From assembly GCF_018336915.1 (NCBI RefSeq), contig NZ_CP064923.1, positions 2,184,209-2,208,208 on the forward strand: a DNA stretch of 24,000 nucleotides. Direction: 5' to 3'. Position numbers and translations under genes: made by a program. The notes beneath the pieces were generated by a model that saw only the letters and a list, made by a program, of their open reading frames with translations, was not told where the DNA came from and made no database searches. Positions 1 to 8,367 of the stretch are shown piece by piece. Origin of the DNA: Acaryochloris marina S15 (lineage in GTDB: Bacteria > Cyanobacteriota > Cyanobacteriia > Thermosynechococcales > Thermosynechococcaceae). Position 1 is the stretch's first letter; each line of letters starts with the position of its first letter.

Positions 1-573
1 ATGACATTGCTCTTTGCTGGCCATGAAACTACCGCTTCTGCATTGGCTTGGGCCTTTTATTGGATTCATAAAGTTCCAGAAGTGCGAACTAAATTACTGG
101 CAGAACTCAGTGCCATCACTCCAGATACTGACCCGAGTGAGATTGCTAAGATGCCCTATCTCAGTGCAGTCTGCTCAGAAACCTTGCGAATTTATCCGCT
201 GGTGTTGTTTACCTTTAGCCGTACCCTCAAACAGCCCCTGCGAGTCATGGGATACGATCTGCCTGCAGGGGTAATGCTGACCCCCTGTATTTATCTGGTT
301 CATCATCGTGAAGATCTCTACCCTAATCCCGATACCTTCCGGCCCGAACGGTTTTTGGAACGCCAGTTTTCACCCTATGAGTATTTCCCCTTTGGAGGGA
401 GTAATCGACGCTGTTTAGGATACGCGTTTGCCTTATTTGAAATGAAATTAGTGCTGGCCACCATCCTCAAACAAGCGCCCTTGCAATTGGTTAGCTCCAA
501 ATCAATTCAACCTGTTCGGCGGGGAATCACCTTTACGCCAGCAGGAGGCGTACCCATGCTAGCTACTCGCTGA
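1..573 (+). CDS. Cytochrome P450, C-terminal part (5' end outside the window)
   Basis: I-helix AGHETT, K-helix ETLR and haem-thiolate loop FGGSNRRCLG are present. The frame is open to position 1 and the stop TGA is at 571-573. Confidence 0.9.
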   Translation: MTLLFAGHETTASALAWAFYWIHKVPEVRTKLLAELSAITPDTDPSEIAKMPYLSAVCSETLRIYPLVLFTFSRTLKQPLRVMGYDLPAGVMLTPCIYLVHHREDLYPNPDTFRPERFLERQFSPYEYFPFGGSNRRCLGYAFALFEMKLVLATILKQAPLQLVSSKSIQPVRRGITFTPAGGVPMLATR

Positions 574-604
574 GGTGGCTAATTCTGGATTAGAATATTT
601 CTCC

Positions 605-1348
605 CTAGAGTTCCTTCTTTAGGCTCAGGAGCATTCGGTCTGCTTTATTAGCGGTATGGCGATGCTGTCTGTAATAAAATTCAGGGCAAGCTTTCAGTTT
701 TGACAGCATTGTCTTCAAGATATCGTGGGCATCTTGTTTTTCACCATCTTCTGCTTGAAGTGTAGCTAATATTAATGCTGCCTCAGGATGACTCCAGTGT
801 TTAATATCTTGAATAAGGTGGAGTTTTGCTAATTCTCGCTGTTCACTGGCGACGAGAACTTTACCTAGCAGCAAGGATGCATCGCCCCGTTTATATTCAG
901 GATCTAGGGATAGAATCTGCTGGAGATAGGCTTGAGCATCCTCCCACCGTTTAGCCGATGCTGCCACTGACGCCAGTCCCCATAGGGCATCGAGATGATT
1001 GGGCTCTTTCGAAATGGCTTCTTGAAAGGCTTCCTCTGCTTGAGTCACCTTGCTCATCTCTATCAAAACGTTACCCAGTTGAACATACTGGTGGGATTTT
1101 CCAATATTAACGACTGCAGCTTCAGCTGCTCGCAACTCCCTTCCTTTAGTCCAGCGTTTTAAGTAACTGGGAGCTGAAGAAGTATCCATTCGCGGTAGCA
1201 TTCTCGTCGCGAAATAAATGACAGCACCAAGATAGTTAAAGAAGAGCAATAGCCAGATCCAAATATTTCGATCTGGATCGTTTCGGATGCAATCAAAAAT
1301 CGCATACATCCAAAAACCAGTTGTGGCAAGTACAACAATGTGAAACAT
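605..1348 (-). CDS. Membrane protein: N-terminal PLDc_N-like two-helix domain fused to TPR repeats
   Basis: The N-terminus has two hydrophobic helices with the IWIWLLLFFNYLGAVIYF pattern typical of the small PLD-nuclease N-terminal domain. The C-terminal ~170 aa has repeated A/L/Y-rich helical-pair TPR-like units (AEEAFQEAISKEPNHLDALWGLA..., WEDAQAYLQQILSLDPEY...). Confidence 0.7.
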   Translation of the reverse strand: MFHIVVLATTGFWMYAIFDCIRNDPDRNIWIWLLLFFNYLGAVIYFATRMLPRMDTSSAPSYLKRWTKGRELRAAEAAVVNIGKSHQYVQLGNVLIEMSKVTQAEEAFQEAISKEPNHLDALWGLASVAASAKRWEDAQAYLQQILSLDPEYKRGDASLLLGKVLVASEQRELAKLHLIQDIKHWSHPEAALILATLQAEDGEKQDAHDILKTMLSKLKACPEFYYRQHRHTANKADRMLLSLKKEL

Positions 1349-1522
1349 TAAGGTAAATCTTATGAATTACCCTTAGGTTTCCCATCTCCAACCTTTAGGT
1401 GATCGAATTTCACTTTTTTGAATAAAAAAAGCGGTTTTGTAGGTCAAGAGATCAATCGCTAAAATGATGTTCACTATCATCTAGCAGCCTAGTTTCCTAC
1501 GGATGCCTAATAGAAGTAGCGA

Positions 1523-3202
1523 TTAGCCTAGGTTAACGCTATAGATTGTTTGTGTTCCCAACTCGTGACATAGAGGTAAAGGTAATTGATCTGCCTGAAT
1601 GCTTTTTCGATCTAATTTGACTTGGAGATTCTTAAGCGGATCGGTGCCAGAAGAAATCAAAAATTCAACACTAGCAACATATGAATCTTGTTTTAAATTT
1701 TCAAAGATATGAGTAATGGCTTCCAGGTAAGGGTGTCCTTTTTGTTGGTACCAATCTGCCGAAGCAACGTTGGGTTGATCTAAGCCCAAATGGCAAATTA
1801 ACGAGGGGCCTTCGAACAGTGCAATTCCGACTGGACGTGCCTCTTCTTGTAACAACAAATGCTGATTGTCTGCCAAGTGACGTAGTTTTTCAAGACGGTC
1901 GTAGCGTTGAGTCACATCTAAGGGGGCATCTTGCCATTGAATAGCAATCGTCAGCAGGTAGGTTTGCAAAAGCATATGACCTAACTTTTCTGCCTTCGTG
2001 TTTAAGTAGGTCGTATTGTAAGTGTTGGCCTCGATCAGCAAAGGTACTCGGTCTGCAACTTCTAATCCATAGCCTTTGAGCCCTGCAATCTTACGGGGAT
2101 TATTGGTAATCAGACGAAGTTTTTGAATTCCCAGATCATTGAGGATTTGAGCCCCTACACCGTAGTTTCGGAGATCGGCTGGGAACCCTAGTTTCTCATT
2201 AGCCTCTACGGTATCTAGACCCATATCTTGCAAGGAATAAGCCTTTAATTTATTGACTAGACCAATTCCACGGCCTTCTTGTCTTAAATACACTACGACG
2301 CCCTGCCCCACATTCTCAATCATTTTGAGGGCGGCCTGGAGCTGCATACGACAGTCACAGCGGAGGGAGCCGATGGCATCTCCGGTAAGGCATTCTGAGT
2401 GCATCCGCACCATTACGGGCTGTTGACCAAACTGTTTTGGATCACCTTTAACGATAGCGACATGTTCTTTGTGATCGAGCTGATTTCGGTAAGCATAAAT
2501 TTGAAACTGGCCAAACTCAGTGGGCATCTCAGCAACGGTTTCTCGATGAACAAACCGTTCATGTTGAAGCCGATAGCTAATCAAATCGGCAATGCTGATG
2601 ATTTTAAGCTGATGTTCGCGGGCATAATCTTGAAGTTCTGGCAGTCGAGCCATGGATCCATCGGGATTTTGGATTTCACAGATTACACCAGCTGGATATA
2701 ACCCTGCTAACCGAGTCATGTCAATCGCCGATTCAGTATGGCCTGCTCGGTTTAAAACACCGCCAGGGCGGGCTCTCAAGGGAAAAATATGCCCAGGTCG
2801 TCGCAAATCTGTGGGTAAAGAATCGGGATTGACGGCGACTTGAATCGTACGGGCGCGGTCTTCCGCTGAAATGCCGGTTGTGACACCTAAATGAGGAGAG
2901 GCATCGATACTGACGGTAAAGGCCGTTTGGTTCATGTCGGTGTTATTGGTAACCATCAGGGGCAGCTCTAATGCATCTAATCGCTCCCCCGTCATGGCTA
3001 GGCAAATTAACCCCCGCGCTTCCACGGCCATAAAGTTAATCATGTCAGGGGTGGCGAATTGAGCTGCACAAATTAGGTCGCCTTCATTTTCCCGATTCTC
3101 ATCATCCACCACGACAATGGCATGTCCCGCTTTAAACTCCGCAAGGGCGTCTTCAATGGAGTCAAATTCAAAAGAGTCTGTTGGCGTGTCGTGGGGATTC
3201 AA
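1523..3202 (-). CDS. ribBA: Bifunctional 3,4-dihydroxy-2-butanone-4-phosphate synthase / GTP cyclohydrolase II, long form with ~147-aa C-terminal extension
   Basis: DHBP synthase motif [13 protein letters not shown] and GCH II zinc motif [21 protein letters not shown] are present. The canonical GCH II end [13 protein letters not shown] is at aa ~400-412. The only in-frame start after the upstream TAA is TTG at 3202-3200. Confidence 0.93.
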   Translation of the reverse strand: MNPHDTPTDSFEFDSIEDALAEFKAGHAIVVVDDENRENEGDLICAAQFATPDMINFMAVEARGLICLAMTGERLDALELPLMVTNNTDMNQTAFTVSIDASPHLGVTTGISAEDRARTIQVAVNPDSLPTDLRRPGHIFPLRARPGGVLNRAGHTESAIDMTRLAGLYPAGVICEIQNPDGSMARLPELQDYAREHQLKIISIADLISYRLQHERFVHRETVAEMPTEFGQFQIYAYRNQLDHKEHVAIVKGDPKQFGQQPVMVRMHSECLTGDAIGSLRCDCRMQLQAALKMIENVGQGVVVYLRQEGRGIGLVNKLKAYSLQDMGLDTVEANEKLGFPADLRNYGVGAQILNDLGIQKLRLITNNPRKIAGLKGYGLEVADRVPLLIEANTYNTTYLNTKAEKLGHMLLQTYLLTIAIQWQDAPLDVTQRYDRLEKLRHLADNQHLLLQEEARPVGIALFEGPSLICHLGLDQPNVASADWYQQKGHPYLEAITHIFENLKQDSYVASVEFLISSGTDPLKNLQVKLDRKSIQADQLPLPLCHELGTQTIYSVNLG

Positions 3203-3231
3203 AGTGACGGTACCGTAACGTTTTTTAACAT
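3199..3231 (-). CDS. Candidate 10-codon upstream ORF ([10 protein letters not shown]) whose stop overlaps the ribBA TTG start
   Basis: On the minus strand, AAGGAG (3240-3235) is followed by a 3-nt spacer and ATG (3231-3229). Ten codons follow, then TGA (3201-3199), which overlaps the ribBA TTG (3202-3200) as TTTGA. Confidence 0.25.
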   Translation of the reverse strand: MLKNVTVPSL

Positions 3232-3364
3232 CTTCTCCTTAATTCTAAGGGGTGGGGACGCCAGTTCGCACAGAATCCTTTGATTCTGCAAAACCAGTCG
3301 AAATGGGGATTTGGTACTACAATGCAGCACATGTGATCTAATGCAGTCGTTGCTATTCCATGCA

Positions 3365-3399
3365 GTGATCGATATCAATTAATACGGTGATCGATATCA
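3365..3399. promoter_or_regulatory. Tandem 13-nt direct repeat GTGATCGATATCA x2 in the ribBA/argC divergent intergenic region
   Basis: Identical 13-mers lie at 3365-3377 and 3387-3399, 22 bp start to start. Each reads GTGA-N6-TCA, which resembles a CRP/FNR-family half-site arrangement. Confidence 0.4.
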
Positions 3400-3464
3400 T
3401 CATCATTATTTTTGGGAAGCCTGAACTACATTAACTGTTTGTATGACTGACCTCTGAGGAAAAA

Positions 3465-4529
3465 ATGAATATGGGTTCTCAGGAAGATATTCCTGTTGGC
3501 ATTATTGGAGCATCTGGATATGGTGGGGTCCAGTTGACTCGTCTACTGTTGGAACATCCCCATGTCCAGCTGGCCTATTTGGGGGGCAATAGCAGTGCTG
3601 GTCGTCCATTTGCGGATTTGTACCCCCACTTGGGATTTAAACAAGGTCTAAAGGTAGAAGCCATCGATTTAGACAAAATCGTTGAGCGGACCCAGGTGGT
3701 CTTTTTGGCTCTTCCCAATGGTTTGGCAGCAGAGATGGCTCCGACTTTAGTGGAACGAGGTTGCAAGGTATTGGACCTCTCTGCTGATTACCGATTTACT
3801 AACCTGGATACCTATGAAGATTGGTACGGGACTAAACGACAAGATCGCGATCTTGCCTCTACCGCAGTCTATGGTTTGCCTGAACTCTATCGGCAGGGGA
3901 TTACAACGGCTCAATTGGTGGGCTGTCCAGGATGTTTCCCTACCGCTAGTTTGTTGGCTTTAGCACCCTTGCTCAAACAAGGGCTAATCGATCCAAACAG
4001 TGCCATTATTGATGCCAAAACGGGCACATCAGGGGGGGGACGCCAAGCCAAAACCCATCTACTCCTAGCTGAGGCCAATGACAGTATTGGTCCTTATGGT
4101 GTGGCCCATCATCGTCATACTCCCGAAATTGAACAGGTGAGTAGTGATTTGGCTGGGCGAGAGGTGGTCGTCCAGTTCACGCCCCATTTAGCACCGATGA
4201 CTCGGGGGATTTTGGCAACGGTCTATGCCACGATGCGGGACCCAGGACTGGTGCGGGAAGATTTGATTACGATCTTTAGCGCGTTTTATCGTAATTCGCC
4301 ATGGGTGAAAGTCTTACCTAGTAGTACCTATCCCTATACGAAATGGGCCTATGGCACGAACCTGTGCTATCTCGGCATAGAAGTTGATCAGCGAACCGGT
4401 CGTGTCATCGTGATTTCAGCCATTGATAATTTGATGAAGGGTCAAGCAGGGCAAGCTGTCCAATGCTTAAACCTGATGATGGGCTGGCCAGAAACCTTAG
4501 GATTGCCGGAACTAACGTTTTATCCCTAA
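3465..4529 (+). CDS. argC: N-acetyl-gamma-glutamyl-phosphate reductase
   Basis: N-terminal Rossmann motif [10 protein letters not shown], active-site Cys context GCPGCFPTA, and C-terminal [25 protein letters not shown] lies 5 nt upstream of the ATG. Confidence 0.95.
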   Translation: MNMGSQEDIPVGIIGASGYGGVQLTRLLLEHPHVQLAYLGGNSSAGRPFADLYPHLGFKQGLKVEAIDLDKIVERTQVVFLALPNGLAAEMAPTLVERGCKVLDLSADYRFTNLDTYEDWYGTKRQDRDLASTAVYGLPELYRQGITTAQLVGCPGCFPTASLLALAPLLKQGLIDPNSAIIDAKTGTSGGGRQAKTHLLLAEANDSIGPYGVAHHRHTPEIEQVSSDLAGREVVVQFTPHLAPMTRGILATVYATMRDPGLVREDLITIFSAFYRNSPWVKVLPSSTYPYTKWAYGTNLCYLGIEVDQRTGRVIVISAIDNLMKGQAGQAVQCLNLMMGWPETLGLPELTFYP

Positions 4530-4577
4530 GGGATCCGTATTGGGGGAAAATAAAAGAGTTAGCAACAATCTAAGCAA

Positions 4578-5012
4578 ATGGCTACAAATTATAAGAATGG
4601 GCTGGTGTGGGCGGTGTGGACCATCGTCACTATTGGCATTGGCTCTGCGATTGGGGCTTTGGTCGGTTCAACCAAAGTCTCTGCAGGAACGACGATGGCG
4701 GTGGTCACAGGAATGGGATGTGTCATTGGCATTGGTGCTTTGGTGAAAGCAATTGCCAGCCGTGTGAATCAAGATGCCACTGCTGGATGGGAAGCCCTCT
4801 CGGTCAAAGCCAGTTTTTTGCTAGGTGCCATTAATTTATCCGTGGGGTTGGTCCTTGCCCCCATTGCTATCTGTAGTATTGTCTGGCCATTTGCTGTGAT
4901 TAATTGGACTCAAGTGGGGATGATCATTGGCATCGTTGCTTCTGGTATGGGCGGACTGCTGGCAGCCATGGTCGAGATTCGTGCTTTGGAAAATCCGGTG
5001 GTGGTGGATTGA
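4578..5012 (+). CDS. Hypothetical small Gly/Ala-rich polytopic membrane protein (144 aa)
   Basis: About four hydrophobic segments with GxxxG-like spacing. This is the longest of three overlapping frames here. No family recognised. Confidence 0.5.
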   Translation: MATNYKNGLVWAVWTIVTIGIGSAIGALVGSTKVSAGTTMAVVTGMGCVIGIGALVKAIASRVNQDATAGWEALSVKASFLLGAINLSVGLVLAPIAICSIVWPFAVINWTQVGMIIGIVASGMGGLLAAMVEIRALENPVVVD

Positions 5013-5015
5013 CCG

Positions 5016-5798
5016 CTAGCTGGATGCACTGGTGTAAAAGCGGAGTGCAAACTGCCAGAAACGATTGGACAGTATAAATAAAGCAATCGCGAGTATTCCT
5101 GCACCTAGGCTCCAATTCCAGGTGGCTCGGTTGAGCATGGCTTGAGCGGGGACTGTCGTTAGGAACGTCACAGGAATAACAAAGGTAAAAAAGAAGCGAT
5201 AGGCGGTTGGATAGGCTACTACTGGGTAGCGGCCAGCTTCGACTAGACCTCGCAAGACTTCCGTAACGTTATAGATTTTGACAAACCAAATGCTGGTGGC
5301 TCCCAAAATAAACCACAGGCTGTAGAGGCTGAGAAATCCGCAGAGAAGTGGCCCCAGGCCAAGAGCATAATTTTGCCAACCTAGCTCCAAGTGAAATCCG
5401 GCATAGCCGATTAGTCCTAGCCCAAAAATGACATCGGGCAAGCCCCAAGGGGATATGGAATAAGTTGATAACCAAAATTGACTACTGATGGGTTTGAGTA
5501 AAATAAAATCGAGGGTGCCTTCTTGAACGTGGCGAACAATGCGGTTTAGATTGGGGACTAAGCAGGTGGCTGAAAAGCCTTGAAGGAGGGTGAAGATGCC
5601 CAGAACAACAAGGGCTTCATGCCAAGTCCAATCTTGGAAGGTATATCCTGTGCGGTAAAACAAAGACAGGCCGAATAAACTGCCCGCGAGATTTCCTACG
5701 CTGCTAAGGGCTGAGATTGCAAAGTTGGCTCGATATTCCATCTCGGCTGCAATGGTCGTTGCCCAAAACAGCTTCAGTACCCGCAAATACCGTTTCAT
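5016..5798 (-). CDS. ABC-2 family transporter permease (DUF990-like)
   Basis: The N-terminal pattern YLRVLKLFWATTIAAEMEYRANF followed by six hydrophobic segments is typical of ABC-2 type permeases. No cognate ATPase gene is adjacent in this window. Confidence 0.75.
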   Translation of the reverse strand: MKRYLRVLKLFWATTIAAEMEYRANFAISALSSVGNLAGSLFGLSLFYRTGYTFQDWTWHEALVVLGIFTLLQGFSATCLVPNLNRIVRHVQEGTLDFILLKPISSQFWLSTYSISPWGLPDVIFGLGLIGYAGFHLELGWQNYALGLGPLLCGFLSLYSLWFILGATSIWFVKIYNVTEVLRGLVEAGRYPVVAYPTAYRFFFTFVIPVTFLTTVPAQAMLNRATWNWSLGAGILAIALFILSNRFWQFALRFYTSASS

Positions 5799-6298
5799 TC
5801 TCTCATCCTTTTTCGCCTGTATGGTCTCTTAAAGACACCCTTAAGATAAACGATGCCGAACTGGGTGAGGTCATCATGCAGCAGAAGCGAGATCTCTTTC
5901 GTCCAGCCCATCGGGCTAGCCTAAAAGCACTCAATTTATGATGGCGACCTCTAGATTGGGATTGCCGAATTCTCCGAACTTAGATCGGGTTCGCTCCCAG
6001 GGCGGAATCAGCGGCGTCTCCTTATCAGGGTTGTGCCAATTATCACTGAAAAGCCTATGGTATGAGTACTGAAGCACGGCAAGAATTAGGCTGTGCTGTT
6101 CATGCTTTTGGCTGGCAACAGTTTTCAGCGGGTCCAGATTGGTATCTGCAGATGTTTGAAATTAAGGAGATGGAGGCATAGGGATTAAACATCTTGTTGC
6201 AATTGATGGAGGTAACGCTCCTCCCAATGCGACAATAAACTCACTCAATGAATCGAATTTGTCTACAAGCAAAGGAAAACGGGTTAAGGACACATAAC

Positions 6299-6838
6299 AT
6301 GTTCAAAAGAATCGCAGCACTTGCACTCATTATTTTAAGTCTGACCTTACAAGCCTGCGCGTCTGATACAGCCGGATTGCAAGCTTATGCAGACAATATT
6401 GATGGTTATACTTTTATGTATCCCAATGGCTGGGCACCCATCAAAGTTCCCGGTAGCTCTGACGTCGTGTTTCATGACCTGATTGAAGAAACCGAAAATG
6501 TGAGCGTAGTTGTTAGTGACATTACCAGTGATACTCAGTTGACCGATTTAGGGGATCCAACTGAAGTGGCTCGCACTCTTTTGAATGCGGTGATTGCGCC
6601 TTCCCAATCGGGTCAAGAAGCGGATTTATTGGCGGCAGCTTCGCGAACAGAAGATGAGAAAGTCTATTACGCCCTTGAATATTCGATTGATTTACCCATT
6701 GGTAAACGCCATAACCTCTCAACTGTGGTTGTTCGTCGGGGTAAGCTGTTTACTCTCAGCCTTTCTACACCAGAGTCTCGTTGGACTAAGGTTGAGCCTG
6801 TTTTTCAGCGTGTCGTTGATTCATTCTCTGTTTATTAA
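6299..6838 (+). CDS. psbP: PsbP-like lipoprotein (CyanoP)
   Basis: Lipoprotein signal with lipobox LQAC, then YADNIDGYTFMYPNGW...VVFHD...ENVSVVV, typical of the PsbP family. I prefer the ATG at 6299 (TAAGGA 8 nt upstream) to the track start at 6248. Confidence 0.85.
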   Translation: MFKRIAALALIILSLTLQACASDTAGLQAYADNIDGYTFMYPNGWAPIKVPGSSDVVFHDLIEETENVSVVVSDITSDTQLTDLGDPTEVARTLLNAVIAPSQSGQEADLLAAASRTEDEKVYYALEYSIDLPIGKRHNLSTVVVRRGKLFTLSLSTPESRWTKVEPVFQRVVDSFSVY

Positions 6839-6902
6839 ATTGGGTTTAATGCGTGGCTGCTCCTTAATTGACAGAGCAAAAACGGACTCACTAGAATATG
6901 TT

Positions 6903-6927
6903 GGCGCGGCAATAGTCCGCGTTTCTT
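6903..6927 (+). terminator. Possible intrinsic terminator after the CyanoP gene, immediately 5' of the tRNA
   Basis: CGCGG (6905-6909) pairs with CCGCG (6917-6921) around a 7-nt loop, flanked by G.U pairs and followed by TTTCTT. Confidence 0.4.
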
Positions 6928-7000
6928 GGGGAATTAGCTCAGCTGGTAGAGTGCTGCGATCGCACCGCAGAGGTCAGGGGTTCGAATCCCCTATTCTCCA
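6928..7000 (+). tRNA. tRNA-Ala (anticodon CGC)
   Basis: A manual cloverleaf fits. Acceptor GGGGAAT/ATTCTCC carries the G3:U70 alanine identity pair. The D arm is GCTC AGCTGGTA GAGT. Anticodon stem CTGCG/CGCAG encloses loop ATCGCAC. The T arm is AGGGG TTCGAAT CCCCT, with discriminator A. CCA is not encoded. Confidence 0.95.
6956..6963. repeat. HIP1 octamer GCGATCGC (inside the tRNA-Ala anticodon arm)
   Basis: Exact GCGATCGC read directly from the sequence. Confidence 0.9.
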
Positions 7001-7111
7001 TTCGTCCAAATCGTTCTAGAGTAGATAAAGCAACGTGGCTGGCTCTGCTTCCTGCAATACAAGCGAAGCATTTTTGTAATGGCTCAGCCCTTATTTCTCT
7101 AGAGGCCCCTC

Positions 7112-8137
7112 ATGACCGCATCTCCTTCTACGCCTTCAGCGGTAATAAATGCTCCTCCACCCCCTTCAGACTCTAAAGAGCAGGTGGGGGAATTTCTGCG
7201 AGGCTTGCAAGACAGTATTTGTGACAAGCTCCAAGTATTGGATGGTAAAAGCACGTTCCAAGAGGATTCCTGGGACCGACCTGAAGGAGGAGGTGGCCGC
7301 TCGCGAGTCCTAAGAGAAGGGGCACTCTTAGAGCAGGGTGGTGTGAATTATTCTGAGGTTTGGGGGGATCATTTGCCTCCTTCTATTCTCAAACAACGAC
7401 CGGAAGCTGCAGGGCATCGATTTTATGCGACGGGGACTTCGATGGTCTTGCATCCACGTAGTCCCTATGTGCCAACGGTGCATCTGAATTATCGATATTT
7501 TGAAGCTGGACCTGTGTGGTGGTTTGGTGGCGGGATTGATTTGACCCCTTACTACCCTTTTAAGGAAGATGTGGTCCATTTTCATCAAACGATGAAAGCA
7601 GCCTGCGATCGTCATCATCCTGAGTATTACTCGACCTTTAAGCCTTGGTGTGATGAGTACTTTTACCTCAAGCACCGGCAAGAAATGCGAGGTGTTGGCG
7701 GTCTTTTCTTTGATTATCAGGATGGTATCGGTGCCCTATACCGTGGTCCCCATACTGAAGGGATTGCTGCCCACCATAGCGATCAGCTGGGTACCTTACC
7801 CCAACGATCATGGGATGAAATCTTTGCCTTTGCCCAAGACTGTGGCAATGCCTTTTTGCCTGCCTATGTCCCGATTATTGAGCGACGACGGGATACTGAA
7901 TATGGTGATCGTGAGCGCAACTTCCAGCTTTATCGCCGAGGTCGATACGTAGAATTTAACTTGGTCTATGACCGAGGAACAATTTTTGGCTTGCAGACCA
8001 ATGGCCGTACTGAATCTATCCTGATGTCGTTACCACCATTGGTGCGCTGGGAATATGCATATTCTCCCGAGCCTAATACCCCTGAAGCAGAACTATATGA
8101 GACTTTCTTAAAACCTCAAGATTGGGCTACAGGGTAG
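7112..8137 (+). CDS. hemF: Oxygen-dependent coproporphyrinogen III oxidase
   Basis: Family-typical blocks [48 protein letters not shown] and [31 protein letters not shown]. Confidence 0.95.
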   Translation: MTASPSTPSAVINAPPPPSDSKEQVGEFLRGLQDSICDKLQVLDGKSTFQEDSWDRPEGGGGRSRVLREGALLEQGGVNYSEVWGDHLPPSILKQRPEAAGHRFYATGTSMVLHPRSPYVPTVHLNYRYFEAGPVWWFGGGIDLTPYYPFKEDVVHFHQTMKAACDRHHPEYYSTFKPWCDEYFYLKHRQEMRGVGGLFFDYQDGIGALYRGPHTEGIAAHHSDQLGTLPQRSWDEIFAFAQDCGNAFLPAYVPIIERRRDTEYGDRERNFQLYRRGRYVEFNLVYDRGTIFGLQTNGRTESILMSLPPLVRWEYAYSPEPNTPEAELYETFLKPQDWATG

Positions 8138-8158
8138 ACTCGCCAAAATATCTAAAGT

Positions 8159-8200
8159 AAAAGCCAGGGTATCTGTTGCATATTCAACCCCTGGCTTTTT
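8159..8200 (+). terminator. Rho-independent terminator after hemF
   Basis: AGCCAGGG (8162-8169) pairs with CCCTGGCT (8189-8196). An A-tract lies 5' and a T5 run 3' (8196-8200). The 19-nt loop is rather large. Confidence 0.6.
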
Positions 8201-8367
8201 GCGTGTTAAGCCTTTGATTTTGGGGAATCTGAACCATAATTTCAGGCTTTCTTTGCGAATGTGAGGGAAATGGGGCGTTTCGGCTCACTGCTAGCGAAAA
8301 AAATTAGTTGCTAGACCTAACTTTCCCAGTACACTACGAAAGGATTGAACAGTCACTAGTATTGGAT

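Noticed and set aside
2399-2843. Plus-strand ORFs 2399-2701 and 2652-2843 inside ribBA
   Set aside because: They are antisense shadow ORFs fully contained in a gene with unambiguous RibBA homology, and they have no motifs of their own.
3203-3464. Possible FMN riboswitch upstream of ribBA
   Set aside because: By eye I could not find the multi-stem conserved core in the leader. The region is instead occupied by direct repeats and a short uORF. I cannot exclude a riboswitch without an Rfam covariance-model search (RF00050).
4540-4834. Alternative frames 4540-4746 and 4607-4834 overlapping the 144-aa membrane protein ORF
   Set aside because: They are Cys/Trp/Arg-rich translations typical of off-frame reading of a GC-rich glycine/alanine gene. 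The hydrophobic-helix frame is more plausible.
5717-5941. 74-aa plus-strand ORF at the 5' end of the ABC-2 permease gene
   Set aside because: It starts antisense within the permease coding region, and it has no SD and no recognisable features.
6248-6298. N-terminal extensions of track ORFs: CyanoP 6248, mtnP 8308, GH13 13745, pgeF 16855, LysR 22221, pirin 22255, H-NOX 23382
   Set aside because: In each case an internal ATG gives the family-typical N-terminus: a lipoprotein signal, [46 protein letters not shown] or MYGLVNKAI. Several extensions start at TTG or GTG.
6594-7019. 141-aa ORF overlapping the CyanoP 3' end and running through the tRNA
   Set aside because: It overlaps a well-supported CDS in another frame and reads straight through tRNA-Ala, so it is spurious.
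6839-7111. tRNA-Ala as an integration hotspot (genomic island boundary)
   Set aside because: There is no integrase, no direct repeat of the tRNA 3' end, and housekeeping genes (CyanoP, hemF) lie on both sides.
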